A program made the translations under genes and the position numbers. 64,000 nt of DNA from Vicinamibacterales bacterium (lineage in GTDB: Bacteria > Acidobacteriota > Vicinamibacteria > Vicinamibacterales > CAZQMT01). The first letter of the stretch is position 1. Every line of letters starts with the position of its first letter. Shown here in pieces: positions 21,065-31,502 of this stretch. The notes below the pieces were generated by a model, which was not told the DNA's origin, made no database searches, and saw nothing but the letters and a program-made list of their open reading frames with translations. The stretch spans positions 919,171 through 983,170 of the forward strand of contig CBDAOD010000003.1 of NCBI GenBank assembly GCA_965197935.1, given 5' to 3'.

Positions 21065-21424
21065 TCAGCAGCCCGGCTTCTCCCCACGGGAGATGAACTC
21101 CGACCTGAGGAATTCCTTGGCGCTGGCATGTTCTCCGGTCAGATTGAGGATCGTGCGCTCGCCGGCGGGAATTATCTCGAGGGTGAGGAACGGACAACAG
21201 CGGCGCTCTAGAGCGACGAGCTCCGGCAGGGTCCGGGTGACTGGAGCCGCCGTGTCGATCTCGACGTCGTAGCCGTTCGGTAGCTCCTCGACGCGTCGCA
21301 TCGAGAGCGCGAGTGCGCTCGCCAGTCGAGCGCGGCGCTCTCGTTCGACCTCCGTTAACGCATCCAACCGGCACGCGATCGGCTTCATCCCGTCTCGTTC
21401 TCCGCGCGACGGCATCGCCACCAT
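21065..21424 (-). CDS. Small conserved hypothetical protein with IAC and ERRCCPF motifs
   Basis: PIACRL, ELPNGY, ERRCCPFL, LTG..AKEFL; start could be 21388. Confidence 0.7.
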   Translation of the reverse strand: MVAMPSRGERDGMKPIACRLDALTEVERERRARLASALALSMRRVEELPNGYDVEIDTAAPVTRTLPELVALERRCCPFLTLEIIPAGERTILNLTGEHASAKEFLRSEFISRGEKPGC

Positions 21425-21564
21425 GGTCTCTCTCTTCGTGAGCCATGTCTACCGGGAGCCGCCGGTGGCCGAACCGGCGTGGCCCCTCGGCCCCAACGAG
21501 CCCTTGCGGGTCCTGGCCTCCACAGCGTAGGCTAGGGCGCTTCGGATAGACACAAGGAGTACCG

Positions 21565-22965
21565 ATGGTTCGACAAACAATCGTGGCGTGCGGCCTCCTG
21601 GCCCTCGTGGCGGGCTGCTCGGGACCCCCGGCCGAGAGCCAGCCCGAGCCAGCGAGCTCTGCGGTGCTCTTCGAAGGCGCGCGGCTGATTCCGGGCGATG
21701 GTGGTCCGCCGATGGAAGAGTCCGCGGTGTTGGTCGACGAGGGTACGATCACCACGGTCGGCGCGCGGGGCGACCTGGTCGCGCCGGCCGGAGCGGCACA
21801 CGTCGATCTGAGCGGTACGACCATCATGCCGCTGATCGTCGACACCCACGTTCATCCAGGCTTCCAGAAGGGCCTCACCCTCGCCGGAGAGAACTTCTCG
21901 CGCGAGACGATCATCGCGGATCTCGACCGCGCCCTGTACTTCGGGGTCGGAGCCGTCATGTCGCAGGGCATCGAGCGAGGGGATCTCATCGATCGCGTCC
22001 GAGCCGAGCAGGAGGCGGGCACGCTCGGTGGCGCGCGTGTGCGCATTGCCGGACGGGGCATCGGTGCGCCGAACGCCGGCCCGGGAAGCGCCGCGTTTCA
22101 GGGCATCGCCTACGAGGTCGCCAGCCAGGAAGAGGTTCGACAGAGCGTCAGGGACCTCGCGGCCCGAAACGTCGATGTCGTCAAGTTGTGGGTGGACGAC
22201 CGTGGCGGGCGCGCCCCGAGGCTGAGCCCGGCGCTCTACCGGGCGGCCATTGACGAAGGTCACGCCCACGGCCTGCGCGTGAACGCTCACGTGTTCTATC
22301 ACGAGGATGCCGTCGATCTGGTCGAGGCGGGCATCGACGGGTTTGCCCACCTGGTGCGAGATATGGAGATGGACGATGCCCTGGTGGCCGCGATCGTCGA
22401 GCGGGGCGTCTACGTGATGGGCAACCTGTCAGGCACCCAGCGCTCGACCTACGCCGAGCTGCCTCCCTGGTTGCGCGATGGCGATCCGCTCTTCCGGCTG
22501 GTGCAGGAGTCGGTCCTGCCGGACGTGGTGAGCCGCATGCGGGACGCCTTCGCGGACCCCGATGCGGAGACGGTCGCCGACCGGCAGGCGCGCTACGCGA
22601 TCCTGGAACGTAGCCTGGCCAAGCTCAACGCCGCGGGCGCCCGGATCATTCTGGGGGCCGACACCGGCCTGCAGGATCATTTCTTCGGACTCGCCGCGCA
22701 GCGGGAGCTCGAGGCGATGGTGCGGGCGGGGATGACACCCGCCGGGGGGATCGTTGCCGCGACGAGCCGGGGCGCCGAGTATCTCCGGCTCGACACGATG
22801 GGCAGCCTGGCGCCCGGGAAGAGCGCCGACTTTCTCGTGCTCGACGCGAATCCGCTCGACGACATCACGAACACGCGGCGGATCGCCGCGGTCTACGTGA
22901 AGGGCGCCGAGCTCGATCGAGCGGCGCTGCGAGCGGGGTTGATGACCGGCACGGCGACGGAGTGA
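21565..22965 (+). CDS. Amidohydrolase-family lipoprotein
   Basis: Lipobox VAGC, DTHVH, AH..H, GADTG, GKSADFLVLDANPLDDITNTRRI. Confidence 0.9.
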   Translation: MVRQTIVACGLLALVAGCSGPPAESQPEPASSAVLFEGARLIPGDGGPPMEESAVLVDEGTITTVGARGDLVAPAGAAHVDLSGTTIMPLIVDTHVHPGFQKGLTLAGENFSRETIIADLDRALYFGVGAVMSQGIERGDLIDRVRAEQEAGTLGGARVRIAGRGIGAPNAGPGSAAFQGIAYEVASQEEVRQSVRDLAARNVDVVKLWVDDRGGRAPRLSPALYRAAIDEGHAHGLRVNAHVFYHEDAVDLVEAGIDGFAHLVRDMEMDDALVAAIVERGVYVMGNLSGTQRSTYAELPPWLRDGDPLFRLVQESVLPDVVSRMRDAFADPDAETVADRQARYAILERSLAKLNAAGARIILGADTGLQDHFFGLAAQRELEAMVRAGMTPAGGIVAATSRGAEYLRLDTMGSLAPGKSADFLVLDANPLDDITNTRRIAAVYVKGAELDRAALRAGLMTGTATE

Positions 22966-23066
22966 ACGCCCCACGCGAACCGCGCTCGCGTGGAGACCGC
23001 TCGATCGTGTCGTCGCGTGTCGGCAGGCTGTCGGACTCTCTGGAGGTCAATCAGATGGAGACGTTC

Positions 23067-23715
23067 ATGCGTCGTCACGTGCTCTCGTTGTCCATGTTCG
23101 GGCTCGTGCTGGTCCTGTCAGCCGGCTGCGGAGGCGGGTCGAGCCAGGAGACGTCCTCCGGTGACGATGTCACGAGCCAGGGGGAGACGATCGACGATCC
23201 GTTGAGCGCGCTCGGCGCTCTGAGCGGGCTGGTCAGCGGGGCTTGACGCCCTGCAGACGGAGCTCGAGAACCTGGAACCGGTCGAGCCGGTGCACTTCTC
23301 CACCCTGCTGGAGGCGCTGCCGGAGGCGCCGGATGACTGGACTGCCGAAGAGCCGCGGGGGGAAACCACCCAGATGAGCATGTTCTCGATCAGCAATGCC
23401 AGCAATACGTATCGCGGCCCGGACGACCAGCGGATCATCTTGACGATCTCGGATTTTGCGTTCAACAAGCTCGCCTACGCGGGATTCACCATGGCCGCGG
23501 CGTTCAGCCAGGAGACCACCGAAGGCTACGACCGGGGGATCACCGTCGGCGACGATCCCGGCCGCGAGGAGTTCAACCACGAGCAGCGGCGCGGCGAGCG
23601 CCAGGTACTCTACGGCAAGCGCTACCACATCGAGGTCGAGGGCCGGAACGTCTCGCCGGAAGATCTCGACACCTGGTATCGCCGGGTGAACAAGGACGGG
23701 CTGCCTCTCGAGTAG
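23067..23715 (+). CDS. Hypothetical lipoprotein, +1 frameshift in a G run near 23240
   Basis: Lipobox LSAGC; the frame continues LDALQTELENLEPVEPVHFSTLLEALP after removing one G. Confidence 0.65.
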
Positions 23716-23772
23716 GTCGAGGGGCGCGGCGGGGCGAAGCCGTGCATTCGCGTGCGCGCCGGGCGCGACCGC

Positions 23773-25086
23773 TCAGTCGGCCGTGAGGTTGTTCGCCGGC
23801 GTCGGAAACATCTGGTTCTCGCTGGCCGCCACGACCGAGGCGACCGCGGCATCTCCGGTCACGTTGGTCGCCGTCCGGCACATGTCGAGGATGCGGTCGA
23901 CACCGATGATGAGACCGATCCCCTCGGTCGGCACGCCGATGGCCTCGAGAATGATGACGAGCATCACGATGCCCGCGCTCGGGACCCCGGCGGTGCCGAT
24001 CGATGCCAACAGGGCCATCAGGACGATCGTCACCTGGGCGCCGAGATCGAGCGGGATCCCCAGTGTCTGGGCGATGAAGACCGCCGCGACGGCCTGGTAG
24101 AGAGCCGTGCCGTCCATGTTGATCGTCGCGCCAAGCGGCAGCACGAACGCGGCGACCTCGCCCGAGACTCCGAGGTTCCTCTCGACGTTCTTCATCGTCA
24201 CCGGCAGGGTCGCGGCGCTGGACGAGGTCGAGAACGCCAGGAGCTGGGCCGGCACGATTCCGGGGAAGAAATGCTTCAGATGAATCGGCGTGAAGAGCTT
24301 CAAGAGCAGCGGATAGGTCACGAGCAGATGGATGGCCAGCCCGATCAGGACGGACAGGCAATAGAACGCCAGCGCGCCGATGAGCTGGGCCAGCTCCGTC
24401 GGGTCGTCGCCGGTGACCAGCGTGATCGTCCCGGCGATGAGGGCGAAGACCCCCACGGGCGCAAACACGAGAATGAGCTCGACGATCTTCACGATGACCG
24501 CGTCGAGGCTCTCGAAGAACAACATCAGCGGTCGTGCCTTCCGGCGCGGGAGGAGCATGAGCGCAATCCCGAACAGAAACGCCACGAAGACGACGTTGAG
24601 CATGTTGCGGTTGCTCGAGGCCGCGCCGAATAGGTTGTCGGGCACCATGTCGACGAGCGGTTGGAGTGGGCCCGCTTCCTGTGCCTCCGCCGCCGCCTGC
24701 TCACCCGCTTCGACGTCTCGGGCGTAGGTCTGCTGCAGCCGGTCGCGCAGTCCCTCGGGAATCGTCTCGCCCGGTCGCAGGACGTTGACGACCGTCAGAC
24801 CGATGACGAGCGCAATCAGCGTCGTGCCCACGTAGATCACGATCGTCTTGCCCCCGATCCGGGAGAGTCTCTGCAGATTCGACAGCGAGGCGATGCCCGT
24901 GATGAGCGACGCCAGAATGAGCGGGATGGCGATCAGCAGCAGGAGTCGAAGGAAGATCGTGCCGAAGGGCGTGATCCAGTCAGACGTGAAGCGGCCCCAG
25001 CCCGCCAGTGCCGCCACGACGCCGTAGACGAGACCGAGGCCGAGCGCAATGAGGATTCGCCAGTGCGGCTGTTGGTGCCAGGCCAT
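23773..25086 (-). CDS. Dicarboxylate/amino acid:cation symporter (DAACS)
   Basis: FSTSSSAATLPVT, PLGATINMDGTALY, GTAGVP, GVDRILDMCRTATNVTGD. Confidence 0.95.
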   Translation of the reverse strand: MAWHQQPHWRILIALGLGLVYGVVAALAGWGRFTSDWITPFGTIFLRLLLLIAIPLILASLITGIASLSNLQRLSRIGGKTIVIYVGTTLIALVIGLTVVNVLRPGETIPEGLRDRLQQTYARDVEAGEQAAAEAQEAGPLQPLVDMVPDNLFGAASSNRNMLNVVFVAFLFGIALMLLPRRKARPLMLFFESLDAVIVKIVELILVFAPVGVFALIAGTITLVTGDDPTELAQLIGALAFYCLSVLIGLAIHLLVTYPLLLKLFTPIHLKHFFPGIVPAQLLAFSTSSSAATLPVTMKNVERNLGVSGEVAAFVLPLGATINMDGTALYQAVAAVFIAQTLGIPLDLGAQVTIVLMALLASIGTAGVPSAGIVMLVIILEAIGVPTEGIGLIIGVDRILDMCRTATNVTGDAAVASVVAASENQMFPTPANNLTAD

Positions 25087-25158
25087 TGGAGCTGTCAGAG
25101 ACGGTATCGGGCCGGTCGGGGCCCTGTCAATGCCGGCCCTCAACAGGAGCCTGGCGGG

Positions 25159-26511
25159 TCACGCGCGGATCGCCGCCACGATCTTCCGGATCAACGTGTC
25201 GCTGAAGATCTGGCCATCGACGCGGCGACGGTTGTCGTTCCCCTGTCGGACCACCACCAGGTGTCGACTCGGAATGATGTAGCTGTGGTTCTGGTTGTGG
25301 CCTCGCGACATGAACGTGTCGCGCGGCACCCCTGCCGTGTCGTCCTGGATCCAGAACGTGTAGCCATAGGGGTTGGGGGTAGCCCCATCGTCTCGGACGA
25401 ACCGGCGCGTCGCCAGGTTGAGCCAATCTGCGGACACGAGCTGCCGGTCTCCCCACCGGCCCTCGTTCAGCCAGAGGTAGCCGAGTCTGGCGAAGTCGCG
25501 CGCCGTGCACCTGAGCGTGCTGCCGACGACCGAGTTGTAGCCGTACGGGCTGTCGCTCCTGTCGGCGCCGTAGGCATCGCAGCCCTCGCTCCCACCGACG
25601 CCCCATCCTGGCTCGTCGGCGAAGTTCAGCTCCCGGTCGTCCGCGTAGGGCATGTCCCGGTACTGGTTGTCGCGGATGCCCCTGGGCATGCCGATCGGAC
25701 CGAGCACGCGGTCGTAGACATAGGGGCCCACGGCCTCGCCCGAGATGTTCCGCATGGCCAGCGCCATCTGCTCCAACCCGTAGTTGCTGTAGGTGAAGTC
25801 GGATCCAGGTTCGAATTTCAACGCGTGGTGGTCCGGAATCCCATCGAACCGCCACCAGCCGAAGCAGTACTCGTACATCTGATAGGCACCGGAGTAGCCC
25901 GGATAGCGATGGCGGGTGCTCGGCGCCAGCCAGGGCTCACGGGTCTCGTGCCCGGAGGCCATCGAGATGACGTGCTTGATCTTGATCCGTGTCTTGCGTT
26001 CGTCCGTGATCGCCTGGTCCCAGATCTGCGGGATGAGCGACTCTCCTCGGGCGGCTCCGACCAGAGAGGAGTCCAGGCTCACCCGGTCGCGGTACTCGTC
26101 GAGGAAGACACCGACGGCCGTGCCGAAGACGGACTTGGTCGACGACTTCATGTCGTTGCACGACCGAGCGGTCCAGGGTTGGGGGCCACCCTCCGCCCCG
26201 GTGACGTAGCTCTCACCGATGAGGTATCCCTTGTAGACGATGACGATCGCCCCGCCGTGAGTCGTGCTCACCGGGCTCGCGTCGTGGTAGCCGATCGCCT
26301 CGCGAAGCCGCGCGGCATCGACTCCCAACGTCACGGGATCGCCGACACGCCAGCCGCCCTCCTCCTCGGTGGGCGGGACATACGGGTCCGTTGTCTGCCG
26401 GGCGCCGAGGAGCGACTCCGCCGCCAACGGCGACAGACTCAAGCCGGCGGCGCCAACCCCGGCGGCCGCGAGGAATCGTCTTCGCGTGACGACGCTGTCT
26501 GGCGTGGCCAT
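25159..26511 (-). CDS. Tat-exported serine hydrolase (beta-lactamase/AmpC-like)
   Basis: TRRRFLAAAG signal, SSTKS (SxxK), YSN, CTARDFARLGYLWLNEG. Confidence 0.85.
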   Translation of the reverse strand: MATPDSVVTRRRFLAAAGVGAAGLSLSPLAAESLLGARQTTDPYVPPTEEEGGWRVGDPVTLGVDAARLREAIGYHDASPVSTTHGGAIVIVYKGYLIGESYVTGAEGGPQPWTARSCNDMKSSTKSVFGTAVGVFLDEYRDRVSLDSSLVGAARGESLIPQIWDQAITDERKTRIKIKHVISMASGHETREPWLAPSTRHRYPGYSGAYQMYEYCFGWWRFDGIPDHHALKFEPGSDFTYSNYGLEQMALAMRNISGEAVGPYVYDRVLGPIGMPRGIRDNQYRDMPYADDRELNFADEPGWGVGGSEGCDAYGADRSDSPYGYNSVVGSTLRCTARDFARLGYLWLNEGRWGDRQLVSADWLNLATRRFVRDDGATPNPYGYTFWIQDDTAGVPRDTFMSRGHNQNHSYIIPSRHLVVVRQGNDNRRRVDGQIFSDTLIRKIVAAIRA

Positions 26512-26740
26512 GATGGATTCCAGTCGTCCTCTCGCGGCTATTCTCGTTCCTCGTGTCTTGCTCGGGCCGAACGCACGCATCGCTCACGGCGGCCCTTGGT
26601 GCGATGCAAGACGTTCACCACGGGCCGCAAGGGTAGGAGAGCCGATGCCCGCTGTTCTTCAGGTACAGGCCGTCGGTCCCTGGTCCACCACCTACGTGGA
26701 CGGAGACGGGGAGCCCCGATGAGCGCTTACTGATGTGAGC

Positions 26741-29437
26741 TTAAGGGAGGGCGACCTGTCCCTCGTTCATCGTGCCTCCTGATTGTTGAATCAGCTTGGC
26801 GACCAACCCGGTCCAGCCCGTCTGATGGCTCGCGCCGAGGCCAGCCCCACTCTCACCGTGGAAGTACTCATTGAAGAGGAGCCAATCTCGCCAGTGTGGA
26901 TCGCCCTGGAACCTCTCGCGATCTCCGTAGATGGGGCGCCGCCCATTGCTGTCCAGGAGGAACAGGCGCGTCAAGCGAATCGATAGATCGCGGGCCACCT
27001 CGTCGAGCGACGCCATGTAGCCAGACCCTGTCGGGCACTCGACCCTAAGGCCATCGCCATAGTAATGATGGAATCGCTGGAGGGCTTCGATCAACAAGTA
27101 GTTGATCGGAAACCACACCGGACCCCGCCAGTTGGAGTTTCCGCCAAAAAGGCCGCCTTTCGACTCACCCGGCTGGTAGCCGATGGCGAACGTCTCACCG
27201 CCAAGGGTAACGCTGTAGGGCTTCCCCGCGTGTGCCTTGGACAGGGACCGAATCCCGTAGGGTGAGAGGAATTCGTTCTCGTCGAGCATGTAGCGGAGGA
27301 CGCTGATGAGCTGGTCGCGGCTGACTATCGCGGTGAGGTGGCGTTGCTTCGCCCCCGGGACGTCCACACTCGCGATGTTCCCGGCAAGATGCGGACGGTT
27401 CGCGAGAAACCAGTGCATTCGCCGTTCGAAATCCGGCATGGTCTCCAGCAATCCTGCCTCGAGGGTCTCGACTGCGAGCAGGGGCATGAGACCAACCAGG
27501 GACCGCACTCGCAACGTCCTCACGGTTCCGTCCGGCACGTGAAGCGCATCGTAGAAAAAGCCGTCGCGTTCATCCCACAGGGCATGACCGTGGCTCCCAC
27601 GATCGGTCATGGCTCTGGCGATCGACAAGAAGTGCTCGAAGAACTTCGTCGCCATGTCCTGATACACGGGGTCTTCTCTGGCCAGCTCCAGGGCGATCTT
27701 CATCATCTCCAAGCTGTAGAAGGCCATCCCTGCCGTGCCATCCGATTGGTCGATGTGGCCGCCCGTGGGAAGCGTTGCGCTCCGATCGAAGAGGCTGATG
27801 TTGTCGAGGCCAAGGAAGCCGCCCTGGAATACGTTGTTACCACCCTCGTCCTTCTTGTTCACCCACCACGTAAAGTTCAGCAGCAGCTTGTGGAAGATGC
27901 CCTTGAGGAACGCGGTATCCATCTTCCCGTGTTGTCTTCCGTCGATCTTGTAGACGCGCCAGGCCGCCCACGCGTGAACCGGCGGATTGACGTCGCCAAA
28001 TGCCCACTCGTACGCCGGTAACGCGCCGTTCGGGTGCATGTACCATTCTCGTGTGATGAGCTCGAGTTGCCGCTTGGCCAGGTCGGGATCCACGAGAACC
28101 AGGGGGATGCAGTGAAACGCCAGATCCCAGGTTGCGTACCAGGGATACTCCCATTTGTCCGGCATGGAAATCACGTCAAAGTTGGTCAGGTGTTGCCATT
28201 CCCGATTTCTGCCCGTGCGGCGGGACGGTGGCGGAGCGGGTTGTCCCGGGGCGCCCTTCAGCCATTGCTCGACGTCGTAATAATAGAGCTGCTTCGACCA
28301 CAGCATTCCGGCGAAGGCCTGCCTCTGTACGCGCCTGGCGTCGTCGTCCAACCTGGGATTTTGGATCGCGTCATAAAACTCGTCTGCTTCAGCCCTTCTT
28401 TGCTCCAACGTGTCATCAAAGCGCTCGAACGGTGCATCCGTGGGCGAGCGCGAGAGGTGGAGACGGAAGGATCGGGCCTCGCCAGAACCGATCTCGGCAT
28501 CGAAGACAAAGGCGGCTTTGGTGCCCTGCTGGTTGGGGTTCACCGCGGCCTCATCTCGATTGACGAAATAACGGTGAAAGGCATCCTTCACGAACTCGGT
28601 GCCGTTGGACACACCGAAAAGCCGGCCGGCATTGGTCTCGTTCTCCGTAAAGAGCAGCCCAGCTGCACCATCGGCGTAGAGAGAGTACATGCCCGCGGCC
28701 GGATGCCAGGCTTCGAGTCCGCGTATGCGTCCGGGGGTCGTGAGCTCTTTGATGATCGGCTTGCCGGCGACATCTCCCATGGGCCCGGACTCGTATCCCC
28801 AGCTCCACGTATTTCGGAACCACAGGGTCGGCAGCAGGACGCATCGGGCCGGATCTGGCCCGTGGTTCGTCACGCGTACGCGAACGAGAAGATCCTGCTC
28901 CGCAGCCTTGCCGTACTCGACGAGCACGTCGAAGTAGCGATCTTCGGCGAAGACCCCCGTATCGATCAGCTCGAATTCGCGCTCGCTCACGCTTCGTCGT
29001 TGATTCTCCGCGACCAGCTCTCGATACGGAAACTCGCGCTGTGGGTACTTGTACAGCATGCTCATGTAGCTGTGCGTTGGCGTGCTGTCGATGTAGAAGT
29101 AGTATTCCTTGACGTCCTCGCCATGGTTCCCCTCCGGTCCCGTGAGGCCGAAGAGGCGTTCTTTGAGGATCGGATCGTTGCCGTTCCACAATGCCAGCGC
29201 AAAACACACGTGCTGATGTCGGTCGCAGATTCCGGCGAGGCCGTCCTCGTTCCACCGGTATGCACGAGAGCGGGCATGGTCGTGCGGGAAGTAGTCCCAG
29301 GCCGCTCCGTTTGGGCTGTAATCCTCCCTCACCGTGCCCCAGGCGCGTTCACTGAGGTAGGGTCCCCACTGTTTCCAATTCGATGCCCGTCGGCGATAGT
29401 CGACCAGGCGTTGGTGTTCGGCAGTCGAGTGCGTCAT
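26741..29437 (-). CDS. MGH1-like / GH63 glucosidase
   Basis: [42 protein letters not shown]; 898 aa. Confidence 0.93.
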   Translation of the reverse strand: MTHSTAEHQRLVDYRRRASNWKQWGPYLSERAWGTVREDYSPNGAAWDYFPHDHARSRAYRWNEDGLAGICDRHQHVCFALALWNGNDPILKERLFGLTGPEGNHGEDVKEYYFYIDSTPTHSYMSMLYKYPQREFPYRELVAENQRRSVSEREFELIDTGVFAEDRYFDVLVEYGKAAEQDLLVRVRVTNHGPDPARCVLLPTLWFRNTWSWGYESGPMGDVAGKPIIKELTTPGRIRGLEAWHPAAGMYSLYADGAAGLLFTENETNAGRLFGVSNGTEFVKDAFHRYFVNRDEAAVNPNQQGTKAAFVFDAEIGSGEARSFRLHLSRSPTDAPFERFDDTLEQRRAEADEFYDAIQNPRLDDDARRVQRQAFAGMLWSKQLYYYDVEQWLKGAPGQPAPPPSRRTGRNREWQHLTNFDVISMPDKWEYPWYATWDLAFHCIPLVLVDPDLAKRQLELITREWYMHPNGALPAYEWAFGDVNPPVHAWAAWRVYKIDGRQHGKMDTAFLKGIFHKLLLNFTWWVNKKDEGGNNVFQGGFLGLDNISLFDRSATLPTGGHIDQSDGTAGMAFYSLEMMKIALELAREDPVYQDMATKFFEHFLSIARAMTDRGSHGHALWDERDGFFYDALHVPDGTVRTLRVRSLVGLMPLLAVETLEAGLLETMPDFERRMHWFLANRPHLAGNIASVDVPGAKQRHLTAIVSRDQLISVLRYMLDENEFLSPYGIRSLSKAHAGKPYSVTLGGETFAIGYQPGESKGGLFGGNSNWRGPVWFPINYLLIEALQRFHHYYGDGLRVECPTGSGYMASLDEVARDLSIRLTRLFLLDSNGRRPIYGDRERFQGDPHWRDWLLFNEYFHGESGAGLGASHQTGWTGLVAKLIQQSGGTMNEGQVALP

Positions 29438-29444
29438 TCACTCT

Positions 29445-31415
29445 TCACTCGTTCAGCTCGATCCATACGCGCAGCACCTCGGCGACACTCCAGGCCTGGG
29501 CGAAGCAGCCACGCGGATCCTGGGGGGGCTCTCCATCGCAGATTTCGCTGACCGAGCCGATCCCGGCCTCGAGAAGATGGGTCTGCATGGATGTCAGGAA
29601 GGTGCGCGCGAGCGCCGCATCTCCGTGAGTTCTGAAATGAGCCATCGCGAATGGACCGAGAAGCCACGGCCACACCGTTCCTTGATGATAGGCTCCGTCA
29701 CGCTCCCGCCTGTCTCCTCCATAGACGCCGATGTAGCTGGAATGGCTCGGGGCGAGCGTCCTGAGACCGTGGGGGGTATAGAGCTGCCGACCACACGCGT
29801 CAACCACCGATCGGGCTTTCTCGCCGCTGACGAGCGGGAAAGGCAGTGAGAGCGCGAGAATCTGGTTCGGTCTGAGGGACCCGTCGTCGCCATCGGGTCC
29901 GTCGACGACGTCGTAGAGGAATGCGTCTTTCTCGTTCCAGAAGCGATTCTCGAAGGAGCGTTGAACACGTTCGGCGGCTGCGCCGTACTCTCGTGCGAGA
30001 TCGCGCTTCCGTAGGTGTCGACCAAGTTCCGCCACGATACGTAGCGCGTTGTACCAGAGTGCGTTGACTTCAACCGGTTTGCCGGTTCGAGGTGTCACCA
30101 CCCACTCCCCGACCTTGGCGTCCATCCATGTGAGCTGCACACCGGGCTCCCCCGCGTGGAGGAGCTCGTCGTCCGGGTCGACGTGAATGCGGTGGCGGGT
30201 GCCCCGGCGATGCGCCTCGACTATCTCGATGAGGATCGGCATGAGCTCTTCTGCAAGCCCGACGTCGCCCGTCGAGAGCAGGTGCGCGTGAACGGCGACA
30301 AAGTACCAGAGCGTCGCATCGACGGAATTGTACTCGGGCTCGCCATCCGCCTCCGCGAAGCGGTTGGGCACCATGCCCTCGCTGACGTGCGCGGCGAAGG
30401 TTCTCAAGATCTCGGCGGCGACCGTCGGCCGACCCGTCGAGAGGGTGAGCCCCGGCAAGGCGATCATCGTGTCGCGCCCCCAGTCTCCGAACCAGGGATA
30501 GCCCGCGATGACTGTCGCACCTGGCTTCTGACCTCGCGAGCGACGGACCACGAACTGATCCGCCGCGAGGGTCAGTTGCCGGCGAACATCATCATCCTTC
30601 GGACAACCGTGGAGAAGCGCTTGCTGCCGCTCCCGCTCCGCAGCGAGCGCAACACGTGCGCGGGCCGGGTTGTCCGTCTCCGAAGAGCAAACCAGGGTGA
30701 CTGAATCCCCTTCGTCGAGACGGGCGCGAAACTCGCCTGGCCGAAAGAGGTCCTCAGTGTCATCGAGGCCCCGATACGTCTCCACACGATGGTGGAAATT
30801 CCAGAACCAGTCTCGACGTTCCTCGAAGTCGGCGCGATCGGCCACGACACGATACGGCTGGGCACCGTCGAACGCCGTCAACTCGACCCCGCCACTGGTC
30901 GGGCGAAGACCAGGCTCCCAACCTCCCCGGGCGTGGCTGTGGAAGTCCCGATAGGTGCACAGGGGTGAGACGGTCAGTTCCAGGGGGGCGCCGCCTCGCG
31001 CCCGGGAGTAGGTGACGTAGGTCGTGTTCCGCCCATGCACCATCCACAATCGAACCTCGAGCAGTGCGTCGGAGAACGCGTAGCGCCAAACTGGAATAAG
31101 GCCTTCGAGCTCGAAGAGATCGAGGTGCTTGTAGCCGTGAGGGTCAATGGTGCCGTCGGCGAACTCGTTGCAAGAAAGGGGGTAGCGCTCTCCGCGATAC
31201 ACGACGGTCGCATCGAGTTTGGACACCAGGACCGTGCGAGCGCCTGGCGGGTGAAGTGCCGCAACGAGGACACCGTGATAGCGCCGCGTGTTGAGACCCG
31301 CGACCGTACCGGCGGCATAGCCACCGATTCCGTTCGTGAACAACCACTCACGGCGGTGACTGAGATCCAGGGTCCCACAAGTGGAACGGCCAAGCCTCAA
31401 ACGTGGAATGTCCAC
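29445..31415 (-). CDS. Amylo-alpha-1,6-glucosidase (glycogen debranching enzyme)
   Basis: EWLFTNGIGGYA, IAGYPWFGDWGRDTMI, TWMDAK, YHQGTVWPWL, QAWSVAE. Confidence 0.93.
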   Translation of the reverse strand: MDIPRLRLGRSTCGTLDLSHRREWLFTNGIGGYAAGTVAGLNTRRYHGVLVAALHPPGARTVLVSKLDATVVYRGERYPLSCNEFADGTIDPHGYKHLDLFELEGLIPVWRYAFSDALLEVRLWMVHGRNTTYVTYSRARGGAPLELTVSPLCTYRDFHSHARGGWEPGLRPTSGGVELTAFDGAQPYRVVADRADFEERRDWFWNFHHRVETYRGLDDTEDLFRPGEFRARLDEGDSVTLVCSSETDNPARARVALAAERERQQALLHGCPKDDDVRRQLTLAADQFVVRRSRGQKPGATVIAGYPWFGDWGRDTMIALPGLTLSTGRPTVAAEILRTFAAHVSEGMVPNRFAEADGEPEYNSVDATLWYFVAVHAHLLSTGDVGLAEELMPILIEIVEAHRRGTRHRIHVDPDDELLHAGEPGVQLTWMDAKVGEWVVTPRTGKPVEVNALWYNALRIVAELGRHLRKRDLAREYGAAAERVQRSFENRFWNEKDAFLYDVVDGPDGDDGSLRPNQILALSLPFPLVSGEKARSVVDACGRQLYTPHGLRTLAPSHSSYIGVYGGDRRERDGAYHQGTVWPWLLGPFAMAHFRTHGDAALARTFLTSMQTHLLEAGIGSVSEICDGEPPQDPRGCFAQAWSVAEVLRVWIELNE

Positions 31416-31502
31416 TCTCGAAACTCCACGAGTCGACTCCGCCTTCGTTTCTACTGGGAGTGTCGGGACTGTCTCGCTTCCTACACGAGCCCAGCTACTC
31501 CT

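Noticed and set aside
23244-23246. In-frame TGA in the lipoprotein gene as another Sec codon
   Set aside because: Not in a Cys motif; removing one G from the preceding run restores a continuous frame
26741-31415. GH63 plus amylo-1,6-glucosidase pair as novel
   Set aside because: A common bacterial gene pair with nothing unusual in sequence
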